In this document: positions 1 through 7,259 of the stretch, piece by piece
Layout: each line of letters begins with the position of its first letter
Position numbering within the stretch: position 1 is the stretch's first letter
From: Vibrio phage VAP7
DNA length: 24,000 bases
Sequence record: MK795384.1
Strand: one strand, 5' to 3'
The notes under the pieces: generated by a model
What the model saw: the letters and a program-made list of their open reading frames with translations, nothing else
Database searches by the model: none
What the model was told of the DNA's origin: nothing
Position numbers and translations under genes: made by a program

Positions 1-595
1 TGTTCAACATGATTGGAGTGTAGCCGTATCGGATGTAACGCTGTGCCAATAACTTGATCAGCTTACGGCCAATGGTTGGCACGTGTCGATCGGCATTCTC
101 AGTGCCTGGAATATCTAACGAACAGATGACACTGAACAGCATACAGTTGAAATATTTGGCCTTTAGAGCGCATTCATCAAGCTTAAGTCTTTCCGACTCA
201 CTGGTGGCTTCACGGGAGCCCGATTTGTATTCACGACGCAGTTCAATCAGTGCCCGAACGACATTACCTAACGTATGGCCGTTTTTGCAGACAACATTGC
301 CATATTCTTGTTTGATGATATGCGGATAGAACATGCGGAACTGGACGACGGTTACTTTTTCAAATAACATCTTCTCAGCGTAGATAGAGTTGGCCCGAGC
401 ACCAAAACGGGTTTTATCCATGAACGCCTTTTCGGGATTTTTAATTGGGCGAATCGGACCACCTAGGAAACGACGCAGGGTTTTAATACCGACAGAATCC
501 TTTAGGAAATTACTACCGATAAAATTTTCAGGAGAGTTAGAATCAAAATAGATGACTTTGGCAAGAGCCTTTTTGGTTTCTTCAAAAGTTTTCAT
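1..595 (-). CDS. Hypothetical protein, C-terminus runs off the window (partial; starts MKTFEETKKALAKVIYFDSNSPENFIGSNF...)
   Basis: Manually translated minus frame from ATG (593-595) has no stop down to position 2 (about 198 codons). It is missing from the ORF track because it is truncated. Upstream minus-strand AAAGGG is SD-like. Confidence 0.8.
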   Translation of the reverse strand, partial: MKTFEETKKALAKVIYFDSNSPENFIGSNFLKDSVGIKTLRRFLGGPIRPIKNPEKAFMDKTRFGARANSIYAEKMLFEKVTVVQFRMFYPHIIKQEYGNVVCKNGHTLGNVVRALIELRREYKSGSREATSESERLKLDECALKAKYFNCMLFSVICSLDIPGTENADRHVPTIGRKLIKLLAQRYIRYGYTPIMLN

Positions 596-689
596 AATAT
601 ATCCCTTTCGGTTTACTTCACTCGACACCCGATATGAAGTTATTTTAGAACAGGGATATTATTGCTTGATAAAAACTTTTGAAGAAAAA

Positions 690-712
690 CCCCGACACCG
701 AAATGTCAGGGG
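690..712 (-). terminator. Intrinsic terminator
   Basis: Minus strand CCCCTGACATTTCGGTGTCGGGG followed by TTTTTC; lies just after the stop of ORF 719..931. Confidence 0.8.
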
Positions 713-718
713 ATTTGT

Positions 719-931
719 TTATATTAATTTGACTGCAGCAATACCAGTCAAACCTTCAGTACCAGAGTAGATATCAATCACTTCGGCGTTATTCACGCCT
801 TTTAGTTTAACCTTGTCATTAGCTGCCACTGTGATCATTGATGTCAGGCTAACAGTATTAACGTAACTATTACCAGCGCCAACCGTAACTTGCCGACACC
901 GCTTCCTGTACCTGTACTCATGTTCTACCAC
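719..931 (-). CDS. Small Gly/Val-rich hypothetical protein; start uncertain (possible frameshift, see findings)
   Basis: ORF of 70 aa ending GVNNAEVIDIYSGTEGLTGIAAVKLI; GTG start without SD; followed by terminator. Confidence 0.5.
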   Translation of the reverse strand: MVEHEYRYRKRCRQVTVGAGNSYVNTVSLTSMITVAANDKVKLKGVNNAEVIDIYSGTEGLTGIAAVKLI

Positions 932-1282
932 TTATAAACTGATATGCATTGGGTTTAGCCAAACTTCATATTTGCTGTCAAGGTTCTTAACAGTGTAACG
1001 GAATACTCCGCCTTCAATATAGGTATTAGCTACACCTTTGGTTTGTTTGAGATCAATAGGGTTGATGTCAAATGGTTCCCAGAAGTTATTATTGTCTGGG
1101 ATAAATTGCCGTTCAATATCAAGTGTAGGACTACCAGTCAGAGTTGAGCGATCGACCTGCACAGGAGCATTTGGATTGGTTACATCTACGATTATCCATC
1201 GCATCTGGAAGTAATTAGTGTGTGCACTACTCTTGTGAGTTTTAACCGCACTTGCAGTACCACGACCACGAATTTTTAACAT
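932..1282 (-). CDS. Hypothetical protein (116 aa), possibly structural
   Basis: ATG at 1282 preceded by CGGAG SD on the minus strand; co-oriented with neighbours. Confidence 0.7.
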   Translation of the reverse strand: MLKIRGRGTASAVKTHKSSAHTNYFQMRWIIVDVTNPNAPVQVDRSTLTGSPTLDIERQFIPDNNNFWEPFDINPIDLKQTKGVANTYIEGGVFRYTVKNLDSKYEVWLNPMHISL

Positions 1283-1368
1283 AATTGTGACTCCGTTAAT
1301 TTGGACACCACAATTATTTAAGAGGATTGCAGAGTGATTGTTCAGATTTAATCGTCAGGAATATAAAT

Positions 1369-1395
1369 AAAGGCCACACAGATTGTATGGCCTTT
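1369..1395 (-). terminator. Intrinsic terminator
   Basis: Minus strand AAAGGCCATACAATCTGTGTGGCCTTT followed by ATTTATAT; directly after gene 1400..1897. Confidence 0.75.
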
Positions 1396-1399
1396 GGGA

Positions 1400-1897
1400 T
1401 TATTCAACGTCGAGGGTTTTCAGTAGTTCGATCGTGTTATCAAGGTTTTTAATCATTTTCTCATTCATGTCTTGCATGAACGCAAAGTGACTTTCTTCTT
1501 GATTGACCAAGAAATTACGATGTTCTTGACATAATTGCATTAAATCGTCTTTCTTAATCGTACTATCGCCATGAGAAGCCGCTTTATATCGCGTCAGGAG
1601 ACCCACATTGAACAAACCGTGATTGTTGATGGAATTACATAGGTTTGCTGTAACTTCTCCACGACGGTCTTCTGGGATGTTTCCGGCACACCACACATTA
1701 TTGGACAACAGTAGTTTGCCTTCCCATGGAATGATGTGGACACTGCCACCCATGCCCAAGTATTTCTCAACTAGGTTCAATGGGTTGATCGACATCACCA
1801 TGTAATCACTTTCGCGACACAACAGGACACCATCGTTCACCTTCTGGATTTTCTCATCCCAGAATTTCTTACTATCAAAAAAGCTACTTGTTGGCAT
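1400..1897 (-). CDS. Hypothetical protein (165 aa)
   Basis: Long ORF in the dominant orientation, ATG start, followed by terminator. Confidence 0.8.
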   Translation of the reverse strand: MPTSSFFDSKKFWDEKIQKVNDGVLLCRESDYMVMSINPLNLVEKYLGMGGSVHIIPWEGKLLLSNNVWCAGNIPEDRRGEVTANLCNSINNHGLFNVGLLTRYKAASHGDSTIKKDDLMQLCQEHRNFLVNQEESHFAFMQDMNEKMIKNLDNTIELLKTLDVE

Positions 1898-2168
1898 TGT
1901 CTCGCTCCTGGTTAATATAACCTAGCCAAGCACTCAGGCGACTCTGAGCACGTTCCATAATCTTGTCGCGTTCACTAAGGATCACAGTATTTTGTTTGAA
2001 CCCTGGTAGGCGACAACGATATTCCCATTTCCCATTGAAGTTGTATTGAACACTCGCGATACACAGTTTACCCGCAAATACCTTATACATCTCGGGACCA
2101 CGGATCGCATCAATTCGAACAACTTCAATGGTTGAAATGACACTAGCTTCTACTTTCATTTTATGCAT
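1884..2168 (-). CDS. Hypothetical protein (MHKMKVEASVISTIEVV...)
   Basis: Internal ATG at 2168 has AGGAG SD; the upstream part of track ORF 1884..2204 overlaps the previous gene. Confidence 0.7.
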   Translation of the reverse strand: MHKMKVEASVISTIEVVRIDAIRGPEMYKVFAGKLCIASVQYNFNGKWEYRCRLPGFKQNTVILSERDKIMERAQSRLSAWLGYINQERDNANK

Positions 2169-2652
2169 GCTCCTGACGTGCAATGTTCTCCAAGTGTGTG
2201 TCAAGAACTTTGCGATTAGTATTCAGTTTCTTTAACATGCGGGCTTTCTTTGCAAGCTTGAAACGGTCTTCAATCAGGTCATACATGACATCTTGTGCAG
2301 CAAACGATAAGATGTTCATTGCTTTGCCATTAATGTCTATGAACTTTTCATCAATAACACCATTTTTATCAACATGACATGCCTTGACCATGGCAACACG
2401 CTTCAAACGATTAACACGGAACGTCACCAACCAAAACTCATTATTGATAAGTGCTGCATTATGTTTGGAGCAAGCCTGACCTTCGATAACCACACCATTT
2501 TTCCAGGCTTGAAGTTCAAGATGGGAAATGGTGCAAGTCTTATTACGATACAGGTCGAACAATGCACGCTCAGAATTGTTCAGGCGGTGTTGTTCACCAA
2601 AGAAGTTGAGGTTTGCGATAAAACACTTTAATTTAAATTTGAAATCTTTCAT
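2161..2652 (-). CDS. Hypothetical protein (MKDFKFKLKCFIANLNFFGEQHRLNN...; 163 aa)
   Basis: Track ORF 2161..2805 trimmed to ATG 2652, which overlaps the TGA of the upstream gene (ATGA); ends TAA overlapping the next start region. Confidence 0.75.
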   Translation of the reverse strand: MKDFKFKLKCFIANLNFFGEQHRLNNSERALFDLYRNKTCTISHLELQAWKNGVVIEGQACSKHNAALINNEFWLVTFRVNRLKRVAMVKACHVDKNGVIDEKFIDINGKAMNILSFAAQDVMYDLIEDRFKLAKKARMLKKLNTNRKVLDTHLENIARQEHA

Positions 2653-3011
2653 GATGTTTGTTCCATTTTCTTTTTGAATTCTTTGAATTCTTTGCGCTTG
2701 TTGAGATGTGTTACCTGGAAAACGGCATCTCGTGGATCCATACCTTCCAGGTCGACACTGTGCAACATTAAATATCCACAGGTGCCATCGCAAGTGTTCA
2801 GCCATGATGAATCTTGTTCATGATATTCTGGCAGTTGAACATATGCCCACATTTGGGGTTCAGGTGAGATAATGCTTGAACCGTCAACTGCAAACCACAT
2901 TGAATCAGGATATCCAAATTGCATCCAGGCATTTAACAATGCGTCGGCCGGTAATGGGATGTTATCAAGTCCCATGGTTAGGACAATTGATACTGAATTT
3001 ACTGGTTTCAT
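2649..3011 (-). CDS. Hypothetical protein (120 aa, MKPVNSVSIVLTMGLDNIPLP...)
   Basis: ORF with ATGA overlaps at both ends. Confidence 0.75.
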   Translation of the reverse strand: MKPVNSVSIVLTMGLDNIPLPADALLNAWMQFGYPDSMWFAVDGSSIISPEPQMWAYVQLPEYHEQDSSWLNTCDGTCGYLMLHSVDLEGMDPRDAVFQVTHLNKRKEFKEFKKKMEQTS

Positions 3012-3220
3012 AAATAACCTTCTTTGGCTTGTTCTTCCAATATTTCTTGGTTAACTTTTGAAGATATTTTGCCACGTGAACGACCTTTTGAAGATTTCAC
3101 AATGACAACCCTTGTACTTATGTGCGGGACGTTAAATTGTTCACGGTCACCATTCACATAATCCTTGACATTCTGCCTAACTTCTTCCAAAGAAGCTCCA
3201 GACAGCTTGTATGAGCTCAT
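3008..3220 (-). CDS. Small basic hypothetical protein (70 aa)
   Basis: ORF in operon-like array, ATGA overlap with 2649..3011 and overlapping 3' end of 3217..3516. Confidence 0.7.
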   Translation of the reverse strand: MSSYKLSGASLEEVRQNVKDYVNGDREQFNVPHISTRVVIVKSSKGRSRGKISSKVNQEILEEQAKEGYL

Positions 3221-3516
3221 ATGACTTGCTCCAGGACCATAGCAGATCCATCATAGTAGATATCAATGCCTGGAGTCTCGCACATCTTCTTTGGCGAAGA
3301 AGCAAATACCTTATACAATACTGGTTCACCACCAACACGAGAACATGCTCTCCTGGCATACGTCAGTGCATAATCCGGAAGTGTCGTGAAGAACACTTTA
3401 TCCAGATTCTTGGTACGACCTGGTTCATTAATCCCAAACCCATGGGATTCCGGAGGGAGAATAACATCTCCAATCTCCGCATTTGAACTTGTACCATGGT
3501 AAAAAATATGACTCAT
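3217..3516 (-). CDS. Putative small ADP-ribosyltransferase (Arr/PARP-like YHGT-type ART fold)
   Basis: N-terminal IFYHGTSSNAEIGDVILPP resembles the Arr N-terminus (YHGTKANLxxGDLIxPG); then VFFTTLPDYALTYARRAC and VLYKVFA, and a C-terminal SAMVLEQVI with a candidate catalytic Glu. Confidence 0.6.
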   Translation of the reverse strand: MSHIFYHGTSSNAEIGDVILPPESHGFGINEPGRTKNLDKVFFTTLPDYALTYARRACSRVGGEPVLYKVFASSPKKMCETPGIDIYYDGSAMVLEQVI

Positions 3517-3689
3517 TTCTTTCCTTTTGTTTTCACAAAGTTAGAATCCGCAGGATGTTCACTACTTCCAACCATTTGGAACTGTGGCAACCACAATCGG
3601 TAAACGCCTGTAATCTTATGGCGGACATAATGAAGTCCAGTTTTAGGATTACGGTATACGCACTGTTCATAGTACGACGGGATAGACAT
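3513..3689 (-). CDS. Small hypothetical protein (58 aa; MSIPSYYEQCVYRNPKTGLHYVRHKITGVYRLWLPQFQMVGSSEHPADSNFVKTKGKK)
   Basis: Manually translated; below track cutoff; ATGA overlap with the ART gene; GGAGAAGTAAATG SD. Confidence 0.65.
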   Translation of the reverse strand: MSIPSYYEQCVYRNPKTGLHYVRHKITGVYRLWLPQFQMVGSSEHPADSNFVKTKGKK

Positions 3690-3779
3690 TTACTTCTCCA
3701 AGGTTTGGACTGAACGACGACGCTGCTTTACTACACGATTCGCACGGACCTTACTTAAACGACGGTTGCGGCATTTCAT
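3690..3779 (-). CDS. Very small highly basic protein (29 aa; MKCRNRRLSKVRANRVVKQRRRSVQTLEK)
   Basis: Manual translation; GAGGTG SD-like sequence upstream, fills the gap between 3776..4132 and 3513..3689, ends immediately before the next start codon. Confidence 0.5.
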   Translation of the reverse strand: MKCRNRRLSKVRANRVVKQRRRSVQTLEK

Positions 3780-4132
3780 TTCTTCACCTCATACATCTTA
3801 TGCGGGCGATAAAGTTCAACATTTGTTAAACCATTGCATACAAAGTTGATACCATTTCCAAAGTTACGGAATTCCCAAACCTGACCTTTTTCAGATTTGA
3901 TTCGCATAACAGTCACATCACGCAAATCGACAGTGATATTACAATTGCCATGGTAACGACTTTGGAAGTTGATGACACCCCATTTTGGGCTATCCATTAG
4001 GTTGTTGATCACATGTTCAAAACCACGACGCGCTAACAAACGACCAATGCGGAAGATAGGACGCTTACTTTTGATCAGATTTTTCTGATTCATGCCTTCA
4101 TAAAAGGCAAGTAACAATGCAATATTTTTCAT
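3776..4132 (-). CDS. Hypothetical protein (118 aa)
   Basis: ORF in array with short overlaps. Confidence 0.75.
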   Translation of the reverse strand: MKNIALLLAFYEGMNQKNLIKSKRPIFRIGRLLARRGFEHVINNLMDSPKWGVINFQSRYHGNCNITVDLRDVTVMRIKSEKGQVWEFRNFGNGINFVCNGLTNVELYRPHKMYEVKK

Positions 4133-4134
4133 GA

Positions 4135-4458
4135 TTATTCACCCAACTTACTGTTAGCATATTTGACAAACCCTTTCTGACGAGCTTGCAAGGACTTCAG
4201 ATAACGATTGTTTTCCAAAGCTTTTGTGCGAACTTCTTCCCACATCAGTTTAGTTGCAGTCTTGATGTTGTCATCTTGTTTGACAACTTTGACATGGATT
4301 TCAGTCACCAAACCATTCTTTAAACAATGGTTGAATTGGTTAGGAACCGCGAAATTAGTGTAACAATCAAATTGTTTAATTGTTACATAGTTGCTGCCCA
4401 TATCTGCAACAAGTACAACAAACTCTGCATTTGGGCAATGAGTTATCAATTCATTCAT
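4135..4458 (-). CDS. Hypothetical protein (MNELITHCPNAEFVVLVADMGSN...)
   Basis: Track ORF 4135..4494 trimmed to ATG 4458, preceded by the conserved leader AACATCCATAAGGAACATCCT. Confidence 0.75.
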   Translation of the reverse strand: MNELITHCPNAEFVVLVADMGSNYVTIKQFDCYTNFAVPNQFNHCLKNGLVTEIHVKVVKQDDNIKTATKLMWEEVRTKALENNRYLKSLQARQKGFVKYANSKLGE

Positions 4459-4486
4459 AGGATGTTCCTTATGGATGTTCAAGAAA

Positions 4487-4504
4487 GAGCCCAATTAAGG
4501 GCTC
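4487..4504 (-). terminator. Intrinsic terminator
   Basis: Minus strand GAGCCCTTAATTGGGCTC followed by TTTCTTG, after stop of 4513..5028. Confidence 0.7.
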
Positions 4505-4512
4505 ATGATGGA

Positions 4513-5028
4513 TTATAGAGATGCAACAACTTTGTTAAGAGTTTCAAGGTCAACACGTTGGATAGTAGTGTACTTAGCACCTTCTTTGAACTCAAGACCT
4601 AGTTCGTTAAGAACGTCAGTTGCTGATTTACCTTTTGAAGGGTAGAATAGTAGTCCAAATGTACCATTTTTGATTGGAGTGATTTGAAGACGACCATTGT
4701 TAACAACAAGTGAGCCATATGTTTGACGTACTGCAGGTACTTTAACAACCATGTCAGAGATGTTAAGAGCTTCAAGAGCTTCTACAGAATTGAAACCAGA
4801 GATTGCTTTAGGCTTTTTGATTTCAATTGTTTTAGGCTTTTTGATTTCGATAACTTCAAGTTTGAAACCTTTAACCATTGCTTTCTTGCCGTTAAGAAGA
4901 CGGTTAAAACCAGTAGAGTCGCCAGTGTAACCTTGCTCAACTGCTTTGCGGTAGTTAGCCGCTTTAGTTGCTGCAGTGTCGATTGCGATAGTGATTTGGC
5001 CGTTTGTGATAACTGTTTTAGTGTTCAT
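4513..5028 (-). CDS. Hypothetical protein (MNTKTVITNGQITIAIDTAATKAANYRKAVEQGYTG...)
   Basis: ORF trimmed to ATG 5028 preceded by AAGGAACATTGATT; flanked by terminators on both sides. Confidence 0.8.
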   Translation of the reverse strand: MNTKTVITNGQITIAIDTAATKAANYRKAVEQGYTGDSTGFNRLLNGKKAMVKGFKLEVIEIKKPKTIEIKKPKAISGFNSVEALEALNISDMVVKVPAVRQTYGSLVVNNGRLQITPIKNGTFGLLFYPSKGKSATDVLNELGLEFKEGAKYTTIQRVDLETLNKVVASL

Positions 5029-5082
5029 AATCAATGTTCCTTATGGATGTTTGTTTGTGTTGTTTGTTTCGATGAGGTTATA
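5026..5082 (-). promoter_or_regulatory. Conserved -10/leader element (copy D)
   Basis: Minus strand TATAACCTCATCGAAACAAACAACACAAACAAACATCCATAAGGAACATTGATTATG; shares blocks with elements at 10933-10981, 13150-13193 and 23402-23444. Confidence 0.5.
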
Positions 5083-5102
5083 GTACCCAATTACGAGAAT
5101 CA

Positions 5103-5126
5103 AAAACGTGACGGAGATCACGTTTT
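5103..5126 (-). terminator. Intrinsic terminator
   Basis: AAAACGTGA-CGGAGA-TCACGTTTT; minus strand hairpin ends in TTTTTGATTC. Confidence 0.7.
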
Positions 5127-5165
5127 ATAAAAGAAAGGGAAATCTTTTTAGATTTCCCATATAAG

Positions 5166-5669
5166 TTATTGATTTGCAAGGCGTAACCAATCACCAAATT
5201 CTTTCAAAGTCAACGGTCTGTGGAACGTGACATAAGTTTTGGTAATTTTCAGCTTGGTATCTATCTTATTGCAGTAAGCACCCTGGTTGTATGTGATATC
5301 TATATTTGGGATACCACCCTTGATCTTACGCATCTGAACATTGACGGTCATATCCGCACGTATGTTGACTTCATACTTAATGTTCTGATATCGGAAACGA
5401 ATGCCTGTATGCGATCGGTTACTGAAGTAATAACATTGTGTCACGTTATGGACACGGTTAATGACGTTGTGTAACTCCTTGGCCAGAAGCTTACGGGGAC
5501 CATGACCGTCCGTGGCGTCAAAGAAGTTCTTGACCTGATGTGTAACAGCCATTTCCAAATCAAACACACCTGGACGCAACGGTGTTGTGCGACGCTTGGT
5601 CATAGACTTCTTCTGGGGTTCAGGTTTAGAACCAAATAATCCAAAGAACCAATTAATCATTCTTTTCAT
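5166..5669 (-). CDS. Hypothetical protein (MKRMINWFFGLFGSKPEPQKKSMTKRRTTPL...)
   Basis: ORF trimmed to ATG 5669 with upstream AAAGGT. Confidence 0.75.
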   Translation of the reverse strand: MKRMINWFFGLFGSKPEPQKKSMTKRRTTPLRPGVFDLEMAVTHQVKNFFDATDGHGPRKLLAKELHNVINRVHNVTQCYYFSNRSHTGIRFRYQNIKYEVNIRADMTVNVQMRKIKGGIPNIDITYNQGAYCNKIDTKLKITKTYVTFHRPLTLKEFGDWLRLANQ

Positions 5670-6330
5670 GATAATTACCTTTAATGTCTTGGATGACTTC
5701 ATTTAAAATAGCCAATCCAACACAGTCATCTTTATATTGGATCGCTTTGTTAGAACCCCGGCACACGTAGTAATGTACGATCGGCAACGGGTTATTCTTC
5801 AAAAATTGTAAGTGGTATGGATGACCAGCAATCTTACGCTTCATTGCAGTGAAGATAATGTCATGGAACTGTTCATGATCCACTTTACGGTTGACTGGAG
5901 GAAGTACCTTCATTTTCTTCGCGGCGTTCTTGGCTTCACGACCTTCCATGAATAGAAGGTCAATGTTACCTGTCTTAAGATACTGCCACAAGCCCTCAAT
6001 CGTGTTGTAATGCACCTCATGGCCATTGACTACAGCAACACCTTCGTATCGATAGAAGTTCGACAGGATGCGTCCCACCTCCAATTTGGATTCCGAATAC
6101 ATGTTGATATGACTGATGCCTTCATACTGTGGTGTATGCGGAAGCAATGATGGTTCCCAACCGATACACTCACAGATGCCATCTTTAATTTGGTGCATCA
6201 TATGTTCAATGCCATCAGGCTCAGGTCCTGTAGTAATCACATCGCCATCCTGGACCTGGTCTTTTAACGGTTTGATGCGAGTGTCAATCATTGGGAAGAT
6301 TGACTGTCGAGTAATCTTGTAGTAAAGCAT
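5653..6330 (-). CDS. NADAR-domain protein (YbiA-like; candidate ADP-ribosyl glycohydrolase)
   Basis: Motif set: ILSNFYRYEGVAVVNGHEVHYNTIEGLWQYLKTGN...EGREAKNAAKKM...HEQFHDIIFTAMKRKIAGHPYHLQFLKNNP, matching the NADAR pattern (LSNFY, tvE..wQ..K, AK..A, M..a...K....p.l...L); AAGGT upstream of ATG. Confidence 0.75.
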   Translation of the reverse strand: MLYYKITRQSIFPMIDTRIKPLKDQVQDGDVITTGPEPDGIEHMMHQIKDGICECIGWEPSLLPHTPQYEGISHINMYSESKLEVGRILSNFYRYEGVAVVNGHEVHYNTIEGLWQYLKTGNIDLLFMEGREAKNAAKKMKVLPPVNRKVDHEQFHDIIFTAMKRKIAGHPYHLQFLKNNPLPIVHYYVCRGSNKAIQYKDDCVGLAILNEVIQDIKGNYHEKND

Positions 6331-6333
6331 GAC

Positions 6334-6606
6334 CTATACCTTATCAATATCTGAACTGAAATATGCCAACGAATTCTCTGGACCATGTTTGGACAACACC
6401 ACAAGGATTCGTTCGCTTGGTGTCATGTAATCCCAAATCTTTGAATCCAGGTTGATTTCGTTTTTCTGTGCTTGGGTTAACTGCTCCCAGGTCTTCTCAA
6501 CGATACCGTGAGCCCATGTACCCTTTGGATAGGTTTGTTCATACAGCTTAACAATATGAACGTACCAGCCCATGGTTTTACGCTTTGAACTTACAGTGTC
6601 AGCCAT
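6334..6606 (-). CDS. Hypothetical protein (90 aa)
   Basis: ORF in array, overlaps neighbour by 16 nt. Confidence 0.7.
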   Translation of the reverse strand: MADTVSSKRKTMGWYVHIVKLYEQTYPKGTWAHGIVEKTWEQLTQAQKNEINLDSKIWDYMTPSERILVVLSKHGPENSLAYFSSDIDKV

Positions 6607-7031
6607 TTCAACATCTCCATTGAATGACGTTCAAGGTTTGATTGCATGCCAACCATTGTTTGAGGGGTAATATGAATAATCCATCGACCATTCTCTTTTG
6701 CTGGACAACAATGCCAGTTAGATGTATGGACTTGCAAAGTGTTGTTCAGACGCTTGGCAAAAACTTTCGCATGCATTTCATCTTCAGCTGTAATCGACAC
6801 CGCAAATGTTTGCAGACTTTTAGTATCGTTCCAGTATACAAAACCGTGTGTACGGCCAACAAAATTGGCAATTGACTGGGATAATTGGACTGCGACTTCA
6901 CCAGCTAATTGACGACCTTTGTCTTCGTGGACAAAAGCCACTATGCTACTCTGACCGTATTGATCCAACATTTTCAAAGTTAGGCATTGTTCAGGTGAAG
7001 GTAGTGCTCTTGCAAATGATACTTGAATCAT
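6591..7031 (-). CDS. Hypothetical protein (146 aa)
   Basis: ATG with upstream TTGGAGAAACATC; co-oriented. Confidence 0.8.
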   Translation of the reverse strand: MIQVSFARALPSPEQCLTLKMLDQYGQSSIVAFVHEDKGRQLAGEVAVQLSQSIANFVGRTHGFVYWNDTKSLQTFAVSITAEDEMHAKVFAKRLNNTLQVHTSNWHCCPAKENGRWIIHITPQTMVGMQSNLERHSMEMLKWLTL

Positions 7032-7054
7032 GATGTTTCTCCAATAAAATAAAA

Positions 7055-7078
7055 GGACCAGGTAATAATACCTGATCC
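7055..7078 (-). terminator. Intrinsic terminator
   Basis: Minus strand GGATCAGGTATTATTACCTGGTCC followed by TTTTATTTT. Confidence 0.75.
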
Positions 7079-7093
7079 CAAACTTTTGAAGTT

Positions 7094-7249
7094 TTAAAAT
7101 CCACGTTGGACTTTATGCATGCAACACTTCTTAAACTTCAGACCGCTTCCACATGCACATTTGTGGTTACGTTCCTGGTTCTTAACACGACGTGCAGGAA
7201 TTCTTCTTTCTGGTACGCGAAGCATACGACCTAGTGGTTTCATATCCAT
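7094..7249 (-). CDS. SEC-C motif zinc-binding mini-protein (51 aa)
   Basis: NHKCACGSGLKFKKCCMH is the SEC-C signature (CxCxSGxKxKxCCH); ATG 7249 has AGGAGAATAAAG SD. Confidence 0.8.
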   Translation of the reverse strand: MDMKPLGRMLRVPERRIPARRVKNQERNHKCACGSGLKFKKCCMHKVQRGF

Positions 7250-7259
7250 CTTTATTCTC

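Noticed and set aside
3211-3486. Plus-strand 91-aa ORF opposite the ART candidate (possible toxin/antitoxin partner)
   Set aside because: Exact antisense shadow of the ART gene with no SD or domain; no evidence for a plus-strand transcript.
4487-4504. Short palindrome AGAGCCC..GGGCTC considered as a protein operator
   Set aside because: The U-rich tail and location right after a stop codon fit an intrinsic terminator better.
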